IMG/VR virus record: IMGVR_UViG_3300031760_000017
DNA from: a virus
DNA length: 64,000 nucleotides
Reading direction: 5' to 3' (one strand)
Part shown: positions 44,273 through 54,900 of the stretch, in pieces
Layout of the letters: every line of letters begins with the position of its first letter
Numbering within the stretch: the stretch's first letter is position 1
Position numbers and translations under genes: made by a program
Notes under the pieces: model-generated
Told to the model about the DNA's origin: nothing
The model's database searches: none
The model's input: the letters and a program-made list of their open reading frames with translations, nothing else

Positions 44273-46604
44273 TTTAACAAAAGAATTAGGAACAAATTTT
44301 ATAGAATATGCGGTTGCAGTGAATACTGACCGTGCCATACCTAATGCTAAAGATGGTCTTAAACCTGTTGCTAAACGTATCCTTTGGGGAGCTGAAGATA
44401 AAACTAAATGTGTATCTAGTAAACCACATATAAAAGCCGCAAAACTTGTGGGTGATATTATGGGTACATATCATCCACATGGTGATAGCTCTATTTATGG
44501 CGCTCTTGTACGTCTTTCTCAAAATTGGGTTATGCGTTATCCATTAATTGATTTTCATGGTAATAATGGTAATATTATTGGTGACGGTCCCGCACATATG
44601 CGCTATACTGAATGTCGACTAAGTAAATTAGCAGAAGATGGCTTACTTCAAGGAATAAAGAAAAATAATGTTGATTTTATTGACAACTACGATGAAACAA
44701 CAGAAGAGCCAGTATCTCTTCCAAGCATTTTTCCAAATCTTCTTTGTAATCCTAATAGCGGGATTGGTGTTGCTATGGCTTGCTCTTGGGCACCACACAA
44801 TTTTAGTGAAGTAGCTACGGCAATTAACCAATATTTATCTGGAGAAGAACCAATGTTACCTGGTCCAGATTTCCCAACAGGTGGAATTATTATTAACTCA
44901 AAAGATATTCCAAATATTATGAGAACTGGTCACGGTAGTGTTAAAGTTCGCGGAAGATATGAAATTGATAATCAAAAAATTATTTTTACTGAAATTCCAT
45001 ATGGCACTTCTGTAGAAGGTTTAGTAGCGGAAATTGGGAAAGCTTCAGATGAAAAAGAGATTGAAGGTATTGATAACATTCGTGATGAATCTAATAAGAA
45101 AGGAATTAGAATTGTTATTGAATGTGACAAAGGAATTAATCCTACAAGTATTGTAAAAAAATTATTTTCAAAAACAAATCTTCAAAGCTCTTTTAGTTAT
45201 AATCAAGTTGCTCTTATTGACAAAGTTCCAACAGAGTTAAATCTAAAAGATTGTATTAAGATTTATGTTGATCATAATATTGATTGTCTTATAAGAGAAA
45301 CTAAATTTGATTTAGATAAAGCAACTAATAGACTTGAAATTGTTAATGGTTTATTGCGGGCACTAGAAGATATTGACAATATCATAGCGCTGATTAAAGG
45401 TTCTGAAAATGCAACCGCCGCAAAAGAATCATTAATTAAAAAATATCAATTTACAGAAAATCAAGCTAAAGCAATTTTAGCTATGAGACTTTCTTCTCTT
45501 GCAAAACTTGAAAAAGTAGAACTTAATAAAGAAGCAGAAGATTTAGAAAATAAAATTTTTATGTTAAATCAAATTTTAGATAGTCGAGATAATCAAATTG
45601 ATATTTTAAAAGTTCGATTAAATGGATTAGTTAAAAAATATGGGGATGCCCGTCGTACAGAACTTACTAATATTGAAATAAAACCTGAAGAGAAAATCAT
45701 TGAGGAAGTTGTCCCAGAAGATTGTGTTGTAATTTTATCTCAATCTGGAAATATTAAAAGAATCGCTCAGAAGTCTTTTAAAGTTCAACGTAGAAATGGT
45801 AAAGGTGTAAAAACAAAAGATGATGTTATAATGTCTACCATCTCAACAAATACGATTGATAATTTACTTCTATTTACTAAAGAAGGTAAAATGTTTAAGA
45901 TTATTGTAGATGAAATACCAGTCGGTACTAATGCATCAAAAGGCGTACATGTTGGAAATTTAATTAACATGGGAATTAATGATGAAGTAATTGCAATTAC
46001 TTCTCTTGCTAGAAGTAATACTGCAAAATATGTTGTTTTCTTTACTAAGAAAGGTTTAATAAAAAAGACTTATTTAGAAGAATATACAAAAGTAAAACGT
46101 AGTACCGGAATTGCGGCAATTAAAATTAATGAGGGAGATTCTATTGCTAATGTAGAATTCATTAATGAGGAAGATATTCTTGTAATTACTAAGAATGGAA
46201 TGTCAATTCATTTTGAAAGCAAAAATATTAATCCTATAGGTAGAATCGCCGCAGGTGTTAAAACAATTAAGCTAGATGAAAATGATGAAGTTGTTGTAGG
46301 ACTACCAATTCATTCAGAGAAAGATATAATTGCTATCTTTTCAACAAAAGGATATGGTAAAAAGACTTCTATCAAAGAATTTAATTTACAAGGTAGAGGC
46401 GGCAAGGGTCTTGTAATTTATAGACCAAGCGCAATATATGGAGAGATTGCGGGAGCTGTAGTTGTGTCAGATAAAGACACGATTTTACTTACCGGTCAGC
46501 CAAATTCTATATGTATTGCCGCAACTGATTTGCCTTTGTTAACTAGAACAAGCTTTGGTAATATTATGATAAAATCAAACATTTCATCTATTGTAAAATT
46601 TTAA
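44262..46604 (+). CDS. Type II topoisomerase subunit A (ParC/GyrA-like)
   Basis: YAVAVNTDRAIPNAKDGLKPVAKRILW..TYHPHGDSSIYGALVRLSQNW..MRYTECRLSKLA and GyrA C-terminal beta-pinwheel repeats. Confidence 0.95.
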   Translation: MQNDLTKELGTNFIEYAVAVNTDRAIPNAKDGLKPVAKRILWGAEDKTKCVSSKPHIKAAKLVGDIMGTYHPHGDSSIYGALVRLSQNWVMRYPLIDFHGNNGNIIGDGPAHMRYTECRLSKLAEDGLLQGIKKNNVDFIDNYDETTEEPVSLPSIFPNLLCNPNSGIGVAMACSWAPHNFSEVATAINQYLSGEEPMLPGPDFPTGGIIINSKDIPNIMRTGHGSVKVRGRYEIDNQKIIFTEIPYGTSVEGLVAEIGKASDEKEIEGIDNIRDESNKKGIRIVIECDKGINPTSIVKKLFSKTNLQSSFSYNQVALIDKVPTELNLKDCIKIYVDHNIDCLIRETKFDLDKATNRLEIVNGLLRALEDIDNIIALIKGSENATAAKESLIKKYQFTENQAKAILAMRLSSLAKLEKVELNKEAEDLENKIFMLNQILDSRDNQIDILKVRLNGLVKKYGDARRTELTNIEIKPEEKIIEEVVPEDCVVILSQSGNIKRIAQKSFKVQRRNGKGVKTKDDVIMSTISTNTIDNLLLFTKEGKMFKIIVDEIPVGTNASKGVHVGNLINMGINDEVIAITSLARSNTAKYVVFFTKKGLIKKTYLEEYTKVKRSTGIAAIKINEGDSIANVEFINEEDILVITKNGMSIHFESKNINPIGRIAAGVKTIKLDENDEVVVGLPIHSEKDIIAIFSTKGYGKKTSIKEFNLQGRGGKGLVIYRPSAIYGEIAGAVVVSDKDTILLTGQPNSICIAATDLPLLTRTSFGNIMIKSNISSIVKF

Positions 46605-46684
46605 GTGAAGAATATTTATTCTTCACTTGTTTTTTATAAAAAATTATATTATAATATTATTATAATATAAAAAGGATTAAAAAT

Positions 46685-48691
46685 ATGAAAAGCAAAATAG
46701 ATATTGGTATTTTAATTAAAAAACTTAATAAAGCTACTAAAGCCTATGATGCAGGGCATCCTATTATGACAGATAGAGAATGGGATGACCTTTATTTTGA
46801 GCTAGTCGAATGGGAAAGACAAACTGGTATTATTTTTGCAGATTCTCCAACCCAAAAAATTCATTTTGAAAAAGTTTCTGAATTAAAAAAAGTGAAACAT
46901 AATCATCTTATGCTTTCTCTTAATAAAACAAAAGATATTAAAGAAGTGTTAGATTTTGTAAAAAATAATCCTTGGATTGCTATGGCAAAAATGGATGGTT
47001 TAACATGTTCGCTTAGATACCTTCATGGAGAACTTGTTTCTGCAGAAACTCGCGGGGATGGTCTTATTGGTGAAGATGTCACCCATAATGCAAAGGTTAT
47101 TTCATCTATCCCTCAAAAAATTAATTACACTGATGAATTAATTGTTGATGGAGAAATCATTTGTACTTATGAAGATTTTAAACCATTTGAAAGAACTTAT
47201 AAAAATCCTAGAAATTTTGCAAGTGGAAGTATTAGATTATTAGATTCAAAAGAATGTCAAAAAAGACATCTTACTTTTGTTGCCTGGGATTCTTTTTGTG
47301 ATAATAAAATTTATGATGAGTATTTAAATATTCCTTATAATATTCAGATTACATTGTCTTTAAAATTACAAGTTCTTCAAGATTTAGGTTTTACAGTGGT
47401 TCCTCATTTGGTTGATGTAGAGGAATGGTCTGTTGAAGACGCTATATCAATAATTAGAGACAAATATCATACTATCTATCCTATTGATGGCGTTGTAATT
47501 AAATACAATGATATAGATGATTATAATGCGGCTGGCCGCACAGAACACCATTTTAAAGGCGGTTTAGCATATAAGTTTTATGATGAACTTTATGATACTC
47601 GTTTAAAATATATTCAGTGGACAATGGGAAGAACAGGCGTCCTTACTCCAGTGGCAGTTTTTGACCCCATTGATATTGATGGTTCAACAGTAGAAAGAGC
47701 GTCACTTCATAATGTTAGTGTTATGAGAGAGATTCTCGGTGATTGTGCTTATCGCGGTGAACCGTTAAAAATTGCTAAAATGAATCAAATTATTCCACAG
47801 GTCATAGAAGCTGGTCCAAAATATGATTATGGATATGTAATAAGTCATGGTGGAGTTTCCGCAAATGATGTTATTGAAAGATGTCCAATTTGTTATGGAG
47901 AGGTTGAATATAAAGAAAGTTCGGAAGGGGTCATAAATGCATACTGCACAAATCCAAAGTGTGAAGGAAAACTAGTTAATAGACTTGATCACTTTTGTGG
48001 GAAAAAAGGATTAGACATTAAAGGGATTTCAAAAGCAACTCTTGGAAAATTTATTGAATGGGGCTGGGTAGAAAACATAGAAGATTTATATTACATTTCC
48101 GAAAAATTTAGGTCGGACTTCTTACTTAAACCTGGCTTCGGAGTTAAATCAGTTATTAAAATTTTAAATGCAATAGAAGAAAGTAAACATACAACACTTG
48201 ATGCTTTTATTTCTGCTATTGGTATCCCTCTTATTGGACGAGCAGTTGCTAAAGATTTAACTAATTATTTTGAAACTTATGAAGATTTCCGTGATGCTGT
48301 AAAAGATAATTCATATCATTTCTATGATTTAGATAACTTTGGTATAGAAATGGAAAATAGTATTAAGAATTTTGATTACGCGGAAGCTGATAGACTTTCT
48401 AAAATTTTATATATTGAAGCCCCAGTTGTAAGCAACAATCAAATAAATAATAGTCTTTCAGGAAAAACTATAGTCATTACGGGAAAACTTACAAAATTTA
48501 AGAATAGAGCTGAATTGAAATCAGTTATTGAAAAACATGGCGGGAAAGTTACAGACTCAATTTCCGCAAAAACAGATATGTTAATAAACAACGATATAAA
48601 TAGCACATCATCTAAAAATAAAGCCGCAAAAGCACGCAATATACCAATTATAACAGAAACTGATTTTATACAGCTTTATATTGAAAATTAA
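46685..48691 (+). CDS. ligA: NAD+-dependent DNA ligase with BRCT domain
   Basis: Adenylation motif AMAKMDGLTCSLRY, NPRNFASGSIRLLD, Zn finger C..C..C..C, HhH, BRCT 'GKTIVITGKLTKFKNRAELKSVIEKHGGKVTDSIS'. Confidence 0.95.
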   Translation: MKSKIDIGILIKKLNKATKAYDAGHPIMTDREWDDLYFELVEWERQTGIIFADSPTQKIHFEKVSELKKVKHNHLMLSLNKTKDIKEVLDFVKNNPWIAMAKMDGLTCSLRYLHGELVSAETRGDGLIGEDVTHNAKVISSIPQKINYTDELIVDGEIICTYEDFKPFERTYKNPRNFASGSIRLLDSKECQKRHLTFVAWDSFCDNKIYDEYLNIPYNIQITLSLKLQVLQDLGFTVVPHLVDVEEWSVEDAISIIRDKYHTIYPIDGVVIKYNDIDDYNAAGRTEHHFKGGLAYKFYDELYDTRLKYIQWTMGRTGVLTPVAVFDPIDIDGSTVERASLHNVSVMREILGDCAYRGEPLKIAKMNQIIPQVIEAGPKYDYGYVISHGGVSANDVIERCPICYGEVEYKESSEGVINAYCTNPKCEGKLVNRLDHFCGKKGLDIKGISKATLGKFIEWGWVENIEDLYYISEKFRSDFLLKPGFGVKSVIKILNAIEESKHTTLDAFISAIGIPLIGRAVAKDLTNYFETYEDFRDAVKDNSYHFYDLDNFGIEMENSIKNFDYAEADRLSKILYIEAPVVSNNQINNSLSGKTIVITGKLTKFKNRAELKSVIEKHGGKVTDSISAKTDMLINNDINSTSSKNKAAKARNIPIITETDFIQLYIEN

Positions 48692-48791
48692 AAAAATTTT
48701 TAATATAATAAGAATAGATGATAAATGAAATAAAATTTATCTTTTATATAAATACATTATAATAAATACATAATTTAAAGGAGAAAAAAAT

Positions 48792-49079
48792 ATGTTAAAG
48801 GACAATAGTAAACTTGTTTTCAATTTTGTTAAGTAGCACGATGGAGAAGATTTTACAGCACAGGATATTGCTGATGCAACTGGTCTTGGAGTAAGACAGG
48901 TCAATGGTATTATTACATCAGCTTTCCAGCGTTATAAGGATAAAGATAAGAATGAAATTCCGCTAATGCAACGTGTTGTAGCTGAAATTGTAGATCCTGA
49001 GACAGGACTTCATAAACCGGTTAAATTCATTCAGCTTACTGATGAAGGTAGAGAATTCGATCCAGATGCAGAGGATTGA
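48792..49079 (+). CDS. Winged-helix DNA-binding-like protein
   Basis: DFTAQDIADATGLGVRQVNGIITSAFQRY, with one TAG (NFVK-Q-HDGEDF). Confidence 0.6.
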
Positions 49080-49146
49080 TAATTAAGAAAATTGGGAGAG
49101 CTAGATATAAAAATATCTAGCTCTTTTATTTTATCAGGAGATAAAA

Positions 49147-50091
49147 ATGGTTGTATTAACAATAATAGATATTATTATTTTTTGTGTTGCGATAGTATTA
49201 ATTCATAAAGCTGATTTAAAAAAAGTTAATATCGCTAAATAGCAATAGAAGAAACAACAGTTAATCAATTAGATTAAATAGTTATCTGATACATACAATG
49301 ATTATAATTTAAAAATACAAAACATCCTTCAAGAAACTCAAATTGTTAAAGCTAGAGCTGAAGAAACAACAGCTAATTATATTGCTAATCAAAAACAAAT
49401 AGCACTCGATTATATTAATAATCAATAGCAATTAGCAGAACAAAAAATTAAAGAAATAAATGCTAATACTTAGCAAGAAATTGCGGCAATTCATGAAGAT
49501 CTTCAAAATATTAGGTGTTCTGCCGCACAATAGAAAGAACAAATTCAAAACGAGCTTAATAAACTAAAAGCCTCTTTGAGTGCGGGCGTAGAAGCCCGCC
49601 TTCGCGAACAATAGAAAAAAGATAAAATTAATTTTTATAAACTTTCTATTAGTGATGCGGATTTAGCTGATGTTAAAATGCTAGAAAATTTAAAAGCATC
49701 TTTCCATAAACCTGTTGTTTTAAGTAAACTTATTTGGACTCAATATTTTCAAAAGCAAATGACTGAATTGTGTGATAGAGTACTTGGTAAAAAAACTGTT
49801 TGCGGCATTTATAAAATTACCAATTTATTAACAGAACAATGTTATATTGGTCAAAGTGTTAATATTAGTGATAGATGGAAACAACATTGTAAATGCGGCC
49901 TTGGTATAGAAGCATCAGCTACCAATATTTTATATAATTCAATGCAAAAAGATAAAGTTTGGAATTTTACTTTTGAATTATTATAGGAGTGCCCGCGTAA
50001 TTTACTAAATGAAAAGGAAGCTTTTTGGATTGATACTTATAGTAGTAATATATATGGATTAAATACTATGAAAGGAATTAATAAAAAATGA
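49147..50091 (+). CDS. Membrane/coiled-coil protein with C-terminal GIY-YIG domain (T5orf172/DUF4041-like), TAG-recoded
   Basis: MVVLTIIDIIIFCVAIVLIHKADLKK.. coiled coil .. KKTVCGIYKITNLLTEQCYIGQSVNISDRWKQH. Confidence 0.65.
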
Positions 50092-50942
50092 AATTTTAGA
50101 ATACAGATGTCTGGGGATTTTAGCATGCAATCAGGGGTATGAGAAATCCTAAAAATAGCTGGAATAAAAGTGATAGTCTTTTTGAAATTGCTTATATCGA
50201 ACAAATGGAGGCTGATTGGGAAGTCGCTTCAAGTTATGTCGATGCAAATGAAAAATATGATTTTTAGAGTGAATATGATAAATATTATGAAGCACAAGAA
50301 AAATATGCGGATTGGCTTCTTAAAAATGGTGTTTTAAAAGATCAAAATGAATGTTTTAGTTATGCTTTTATTGGACCAAATGATATGAAACTGGCTCAAA
50401 CTCTTATTAAAGCTGGTCCTGAACACCGAAAATTTCTACGCCAAATCTTTGTATCTGTTGATATTACTGCACCACTTTATTGGTGGAAATAGATGGATCA
50501 ATATAAAATTGGGACAGTCACAGATAGCACATCAACTATGCATAAACTAACGAGTAAACCTATTACTCTTGAAAGTTTTGAAATTGATGATTTTAATCCA
50601 GAAATTGTATATTACGAAATTCTTGATGCTCAAAATGATATTGGTATGCTTGCGGATTTTATAATTGAACAACTTGAATTTCTTCGTCAAAAATATCTTG
50701 AAACAAAAGACAAAAGATATTGGAAAGAATTAGTACGATGGTTGCCTGAAAGCTGGTTACAAAAAAGAACATGGACTGCAAATTATGAAGTTCTTTATTC
50801 TATAGTTTTACAAAGAGGGCATCATAAATTAGAAACAGAATGGGATAAAGGTTTTATACATTGGTGCGCCTCATTGCCATATGCAAAGGATTTGATTTTT
50901 TATGGAGAAGAACGAGAAAAAATATATAATTTATATGCATAA
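50088..50942 (+). CDS. Conserved phage hypothetical protein, TAG-recoded
   Basis: MKF-Q-NTDVWGF-Q-HAIRGMRNPKNSWNKSDS...GPEHRKFLRQIFVSVDITAPLYWWK-Q-MDQYKIGTVTDSTSTMHKL. Confidence 0.65.
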
Positions 50943-51528
50943 AAATAAAATTAATAATAAAATGTATATAGGACAAACTTGCCAAAATCCACCATCAAAA
51001 AGATGGAAACCTTGTAATTATAAAGGATCTTCAAGATTTTATAATGCTATTTTAAAATATGGTTGGATTAATTTTGAACATATTATTTTAAAAAAATGTT
51101 CTTCACTATAGGAAGCAAATTAGTAGGAAAGAAATTTTATTAGTCAATATCAAACTACAAATCCAGAATTTGGATATAATATTATGCCGGGTGGCTCTAA
51201 TAAAGAAATTCCTTTATAGGTTCGAGAAAAAATGTCTAAAAATCATAGAGATGTTAAGGGGAAAAATAATTATTTTTACGGAAAACATTTTAAAGGTAAA
51301 GAACATCCATTTTATGGACAACATCATTCGGATGAAACTAAACAAAAATTAAAAAAATCTTTATTAAATAAAAATGGAAAAGCAGTAAAATGCATTGAAG
51401 AAAATAAAAATTTTCCTTCCGCAAGAGAAGCTGCAAGATATTATAATATGAAAACTTCTAGTCACATTTCTGCATGTTGCAATGGCAAAAGACAAACTGC
51501 TAATAAATTTCATTGGGAATATATTTAA
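50902..51528 (+). CDS. GIY-YIG homing endonuclease (seg-like) with NUMOD-type C-terminus, TAG-recoded
   Basis: NNKMYIGQTCQNPPSKRWKPCNY..FYNAILKYGWINFEHIILK..GHHSDETKQKLKKS..KAVKCIEENKNFPSAREAARYYNMKTSSHISACCNGKRQTANKFHW. Confidence 0.8.
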
Positions 51529-51626
51529 TTTTTGATGATGATGAATTTATTTTTAATTGAAAAATAAAAAATAAAATGTTATAATATAATTATAAAATGA
51601 AAATTATATTATAAGGGAGACCAAAA

Positions 51627-51788
51627 ATGAAGCTTGAAGGAAATAGAAAAGAAAAGTTTATACAAATGCTTGAAAAAGAAATCTTCAATGATGAGAGTGC
51701 TTTTATAGAAAACTATGAAGAAGATTGGTATGATTTAGTAATTTTTTTTGAAGATTTAAAAAATGGTCAAATTGTAATTGCATATTAA
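51627..51788 (+). CDS. Small acidic hypothetical protein
   Basis: MKLEGNRKEKFIQMLEKEIFNDESAFIENYEEDWYDLVIFFEDLKNGQIVIAY*. Confidence 0.5.
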   Translation: MKLEGNRKEKFIQMLEKEIFNDESAFIENYEEDWYDLVIFFEDLKNGQIVIAY

Positions 51789-51800
51789 GAGGAATAAGAA

Positions 51801-52181
51801 ATGACTAAAAAAGAAAGATTTATTGAATTTGTTAATGAACTCATGGAAATGGTAGATATAAACGAATGGGATGAGGATGAAAAAAAAGATTGGAAAGATG
51901 CTTTTGATTTTTTTGAAGAACTTAAAAATAATAAAGTAAAAACCGCAAAAGAAATGACTGAAAACGGTACCAAACTTCTTTCTTGGATGCAAGAGAATAA
52001 AGAAAAAATGTCAAATGTCTTTACATCTAAGGAAGCTGCGGAAGGACTTTTCACAAGCGGCCGCTCTATTGCAGGAACCATGAGAAAGTTAGTAAATGAT
52101 GGTTATGTAAAGAAAACTGGTAAAGACCCTGTTCAGTATTCTTTAACTGAAGCTGGAGAAAATTATCAGTTTGACAATTAA
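51801..52181 (+). CDS. Hypothetical protein
   Basis: 126-aa ORF, RBS, co-oriented. Confidence 0.6.
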   Translation: MTKKERFIEFVNELMEMVDINEWDEDEKKDWKDAFDFFEELKNNKVKTAKEMTENGTKLLSWMQENKEKMSNVFTSKEAAEGLFTSGRSIAGTMRKLVNDGYVKKTGKDPVQYSLTEAGENYQFDN

Positions 52182-52236
52182 AAAATTTTTTGTTATAATA
52201 TAAAAGTAAAGTTGATTTAATTTAAGGAGAAAATTA

Positions 52237-53238
52237 ATGAAAAAGAACGCAAGATTTATTAACACAGAACGAATTGAAGGATATGTTTATAGTACAGGTA
52301 GTAATTTTAATCAGCTTTCTGAAAGAACGACAGGAGAGAATTCTAAACATCCTGGAACAAAGTATATTGCAGGAGACCTCGATATTGCTGTAGATGAAGA
52401 GGGTCTAAATGTAATTACTATTCATTATACATATGCAACACCGACATATGGTAGTGGTCAAGTAAATAATACATATACAGCTCTTAAAAGAATTATTGAT
52501 AATCCAGATAGAACTTGGATTAATGGCGGTAAAGAAAATGCCTTTAAGGTTCAGTGTACTGGAGTTTCTATTGCAATCAATGATTTTATTGGAGCAGATG
52601 GAAAATTCGTTGCCGCAATTAGAAATGAAGGTGGATTTTGTTCTATCGTAAATGAACTTGGTCCAGAAGCAAATAGAAATACTTTCTCTGCTGATATGCT
52701 TATTACAAAAGTTACTCATATTGATGCAGATCCAGATAAGAATATTGAAAATGATTTCACAACAGTTAGTGGAGCAATCTTTGGATATGGAAAAACAATT
52801 CCTGTTCTTCTTCCTGCTTCATTTACAGTTCGTAGCGAAGGTGGTATGAAGTACTTTGAAAATCTTGATGCTACACCTTCAGACCCCATTTTTACAAAAG
52901 TTTGGGGACGTATTAATTGTATGACTATTAAGGTAAAGAAAACTGAAGAATCAGCTTTTGGTGGTGATTATGTTCAGGAGTCTGAGCGTAAAAGCCGTGA
53001 GTACCTTATTACAGGAACAGCAAAAGTACCATATGATTTTGGTGATGAGGAAGTTCTTACTGCTAATGATGTAAGTACAATGAATCAGAATCGTCAGATT
53101 ATGCTTGCAGAAGTTGAAAGCAGACATAAGGAGCGCCAGGCAGAAAAGGCTGCAAATGGAGTAAGCTTTGAAGCTACTACAAAAGCTCCTTCCGCAACAA
53201 AAGCGGCAGGCGTACCTGAGGGTGGATTTGTATTTTAA
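52237..53238 (+). CDS. Hypothetical protein, possibly ssDNA-binding (upstream of RecA-like ATPase)
   Basis: 333-aa ORF with beta-rich N-terminus and disordered acidic/Ala-rich tail; position in replication/recombination block. Confidence 0.6.
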   Translation: MKKNARFINTERIEGYVYSTGSNFNQLSERTTGENSKHPGTKYIAGDLDIAVDEEGLNVITIHYTYATPTYGSGQVNNTYTALKRIIDNPDRTWINGGKENAFKVQCTGVSIAINDFIGADGKFVAAIRNEGGFCSIVNELGPEANRNTFSADMLITKVTHIDADPDKNIENDFTTVSGAIFGYGKTIPVLLPASFTVRSEGGMKYFENLDATPSDPIFTKVWGRINCMTIKVKKTEESAFGGDYVQESERKSREYLITGTAKVPYDFGDEEVLTANDVSTMNQNRQIMLAEVESRHKERQAEKAANGVSFEATTKAPSATKAAGVPEGGFVF

Positions 53239-53254
53239 TGAGAGGTAATAAATA

Positions 53255-54295
53255 ATGGCAGATATTAATATTTTTAACATCTAGCCGCATCAGGTTAGCC
53301 GTAATTTAAGAGGATATTCAATCTTCTTTTACGGCTAGCCAAAAAGTGGCAAAACAACAACCGCATCTAAGTTTGAAAAGAATCTTCTTTTAGCTTTTGA
53401 AAAAGGTTATAACGCAATTCCAGGAGTTATGGCACAGCCAATTAATAACTGGGCAGAATTTAGAAAAGTTCTTCGTCAGTTAAAAGACCCAAAAGCTAAA
53501 GATATGTTCTATACTATCACTATTGATACTTGTGATATTGCATATGATTATTGCACAAAGTATATTTGTGATAACGCCTTGAGACCTGATGGCGGTTATG
53601 GTGTAGATAGTATTAGTGATATTCCTTTTGGAAAAGGATATAGTCTTGTATCAAAAGAATTTGACGAATGTCTTAGATCTATTGTCATGATGGACTATGG
53701 TCTAATTCTTATCTCGCACGCAACTGATAAAGTTTTTAAAGACGAAGCTGGAAATGAATATAATAAAATCGTTCCAACCTTAGACAAACGAGCCAATAAT
53801 ATTGTTGCGCGAATGGCAGATATTATTGGATACTCAAGAATCGTTACTGATAAAGAAGGTAATAACTTAACAAAACTTTTTATGCGTGGTACACCGAGAT
53901 ATGAAGCTGGTTCTAGATTTAAATATACACCAAATTATATTGATTTTTCTTATGATAATCTTGTTTCCGCCATAAGTGATGCTATTGATAAACAGGCGCA
54001 AGAAGATGGAAAAGAATTTTTCACGGATAAGAAAAACAATCTTTATGAAGATACAACTAAAGACCTTAATTTTGATGAACTTATGAAAAATTGTAATGAT
54101 TTGATTAAGGGAATGATTGATAATAATTCTGAAGAAGTGTTTAAAGAGTTCTATCAACCTCGTATTGTTCAAATTACTGATCGTTATTTGGGCAGAGGTC
54201 AAAAGATGAGTCAGTGTTCAAGAGAACAAGTTGAAGCTTTGTCTTTAATTTATGATGATCTTCTCTTACTTTCCAAAGAGCCTGCTTCAGAATAA
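53255..54295 (+). CDS. RecA-like/Sak4-like P-loop ATPase, TAG-recoded in the Walker A region
   Basis: MADINIFNI-Q-PHQVSRNLRGYSIFFYG-Q-PKSGKTTTASKFEKNLLLAFEKGYNAIPGV..MDYGLILISHATDK. Frame identical to ORF 53429-54295. Confidence 0.85.
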
Positions 54296-54387
54296 TTATA
54301 TATTAAAGGCTTGTCAAAGTCCGTTCCTTTGACAAGTCTTTTTTTTTATGTTATAATATAATAAGAAATTTTTTAAGGAGATTTTTT

Positions 54388-54900
54388 ATGGCTCATAAAG
54401 TAAAATGTTTGTATTGCGGCGAGCAATTTGATCGAGATATTGAACCAACAAAACAAGTCTCCACACGTAGATATGCTCATTTAAAATGCTGGGAAGAACA
54501 TCTTGCAAATATGTCGCAAGAAGAAAAAGACATAGCAGCATTTTATGATTATACTCGACAATTATTTGGAGAAGATTATAATTATGTTTTAACTAAAAAG
54601 TTAGCTGAAAGATATGTAAAAGAAAATCAATATACATATAGTGGAATGTTAAAAACTCTTAAATGGTATTATGAAAAAGAAGGTCATTCACTTGATAAAA
54701 GTAATGGAAGTATTGGTATTATTCCTTATATATATAAACAAGCATTAAATTATTATTATGCACTTTATCAAGCTCAATTAATAAATAAAGAGAAAGATAT
54801 TTCAAACTTTATATTACCAAAAGAAAGAATTATAGAAATAGAATCTCCACGAGTGTATGTACGTCCGCCGCATTTGTGGCTAGAAGAGGAGGATGAATGA
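54388..54900 (+). CDS. Hypothetical protein with N-terminal zinc finger
   Basis: KCLYCGEQF...HLKCWEEH. Confidence 0.6.
   Translation: MAHKVKCLYCGEQFDRDIEPTKQVSTRRYAHLKCWEEHLANMSQEEKDIAAFYDYTRQLFGEDYNYVLTKKLAERYVKENQYTYSGMLKTLKWYYEKEGHSLDKSNGSIGIIPYIYKQALNYYYALYQAQLINKEKDISNFILPKERIIEIESPRVYVRPPHLWLEEEDE

Noticed and set aside
50088-50942. Calling this a ThyX thymidylate synthase
   Set aside because: The WWK-MDQYKIGTVTDSTSTMHK motif is vaguely reminiscent, but I cannot confirm the ThyX signature; left as conserved hypothetical.
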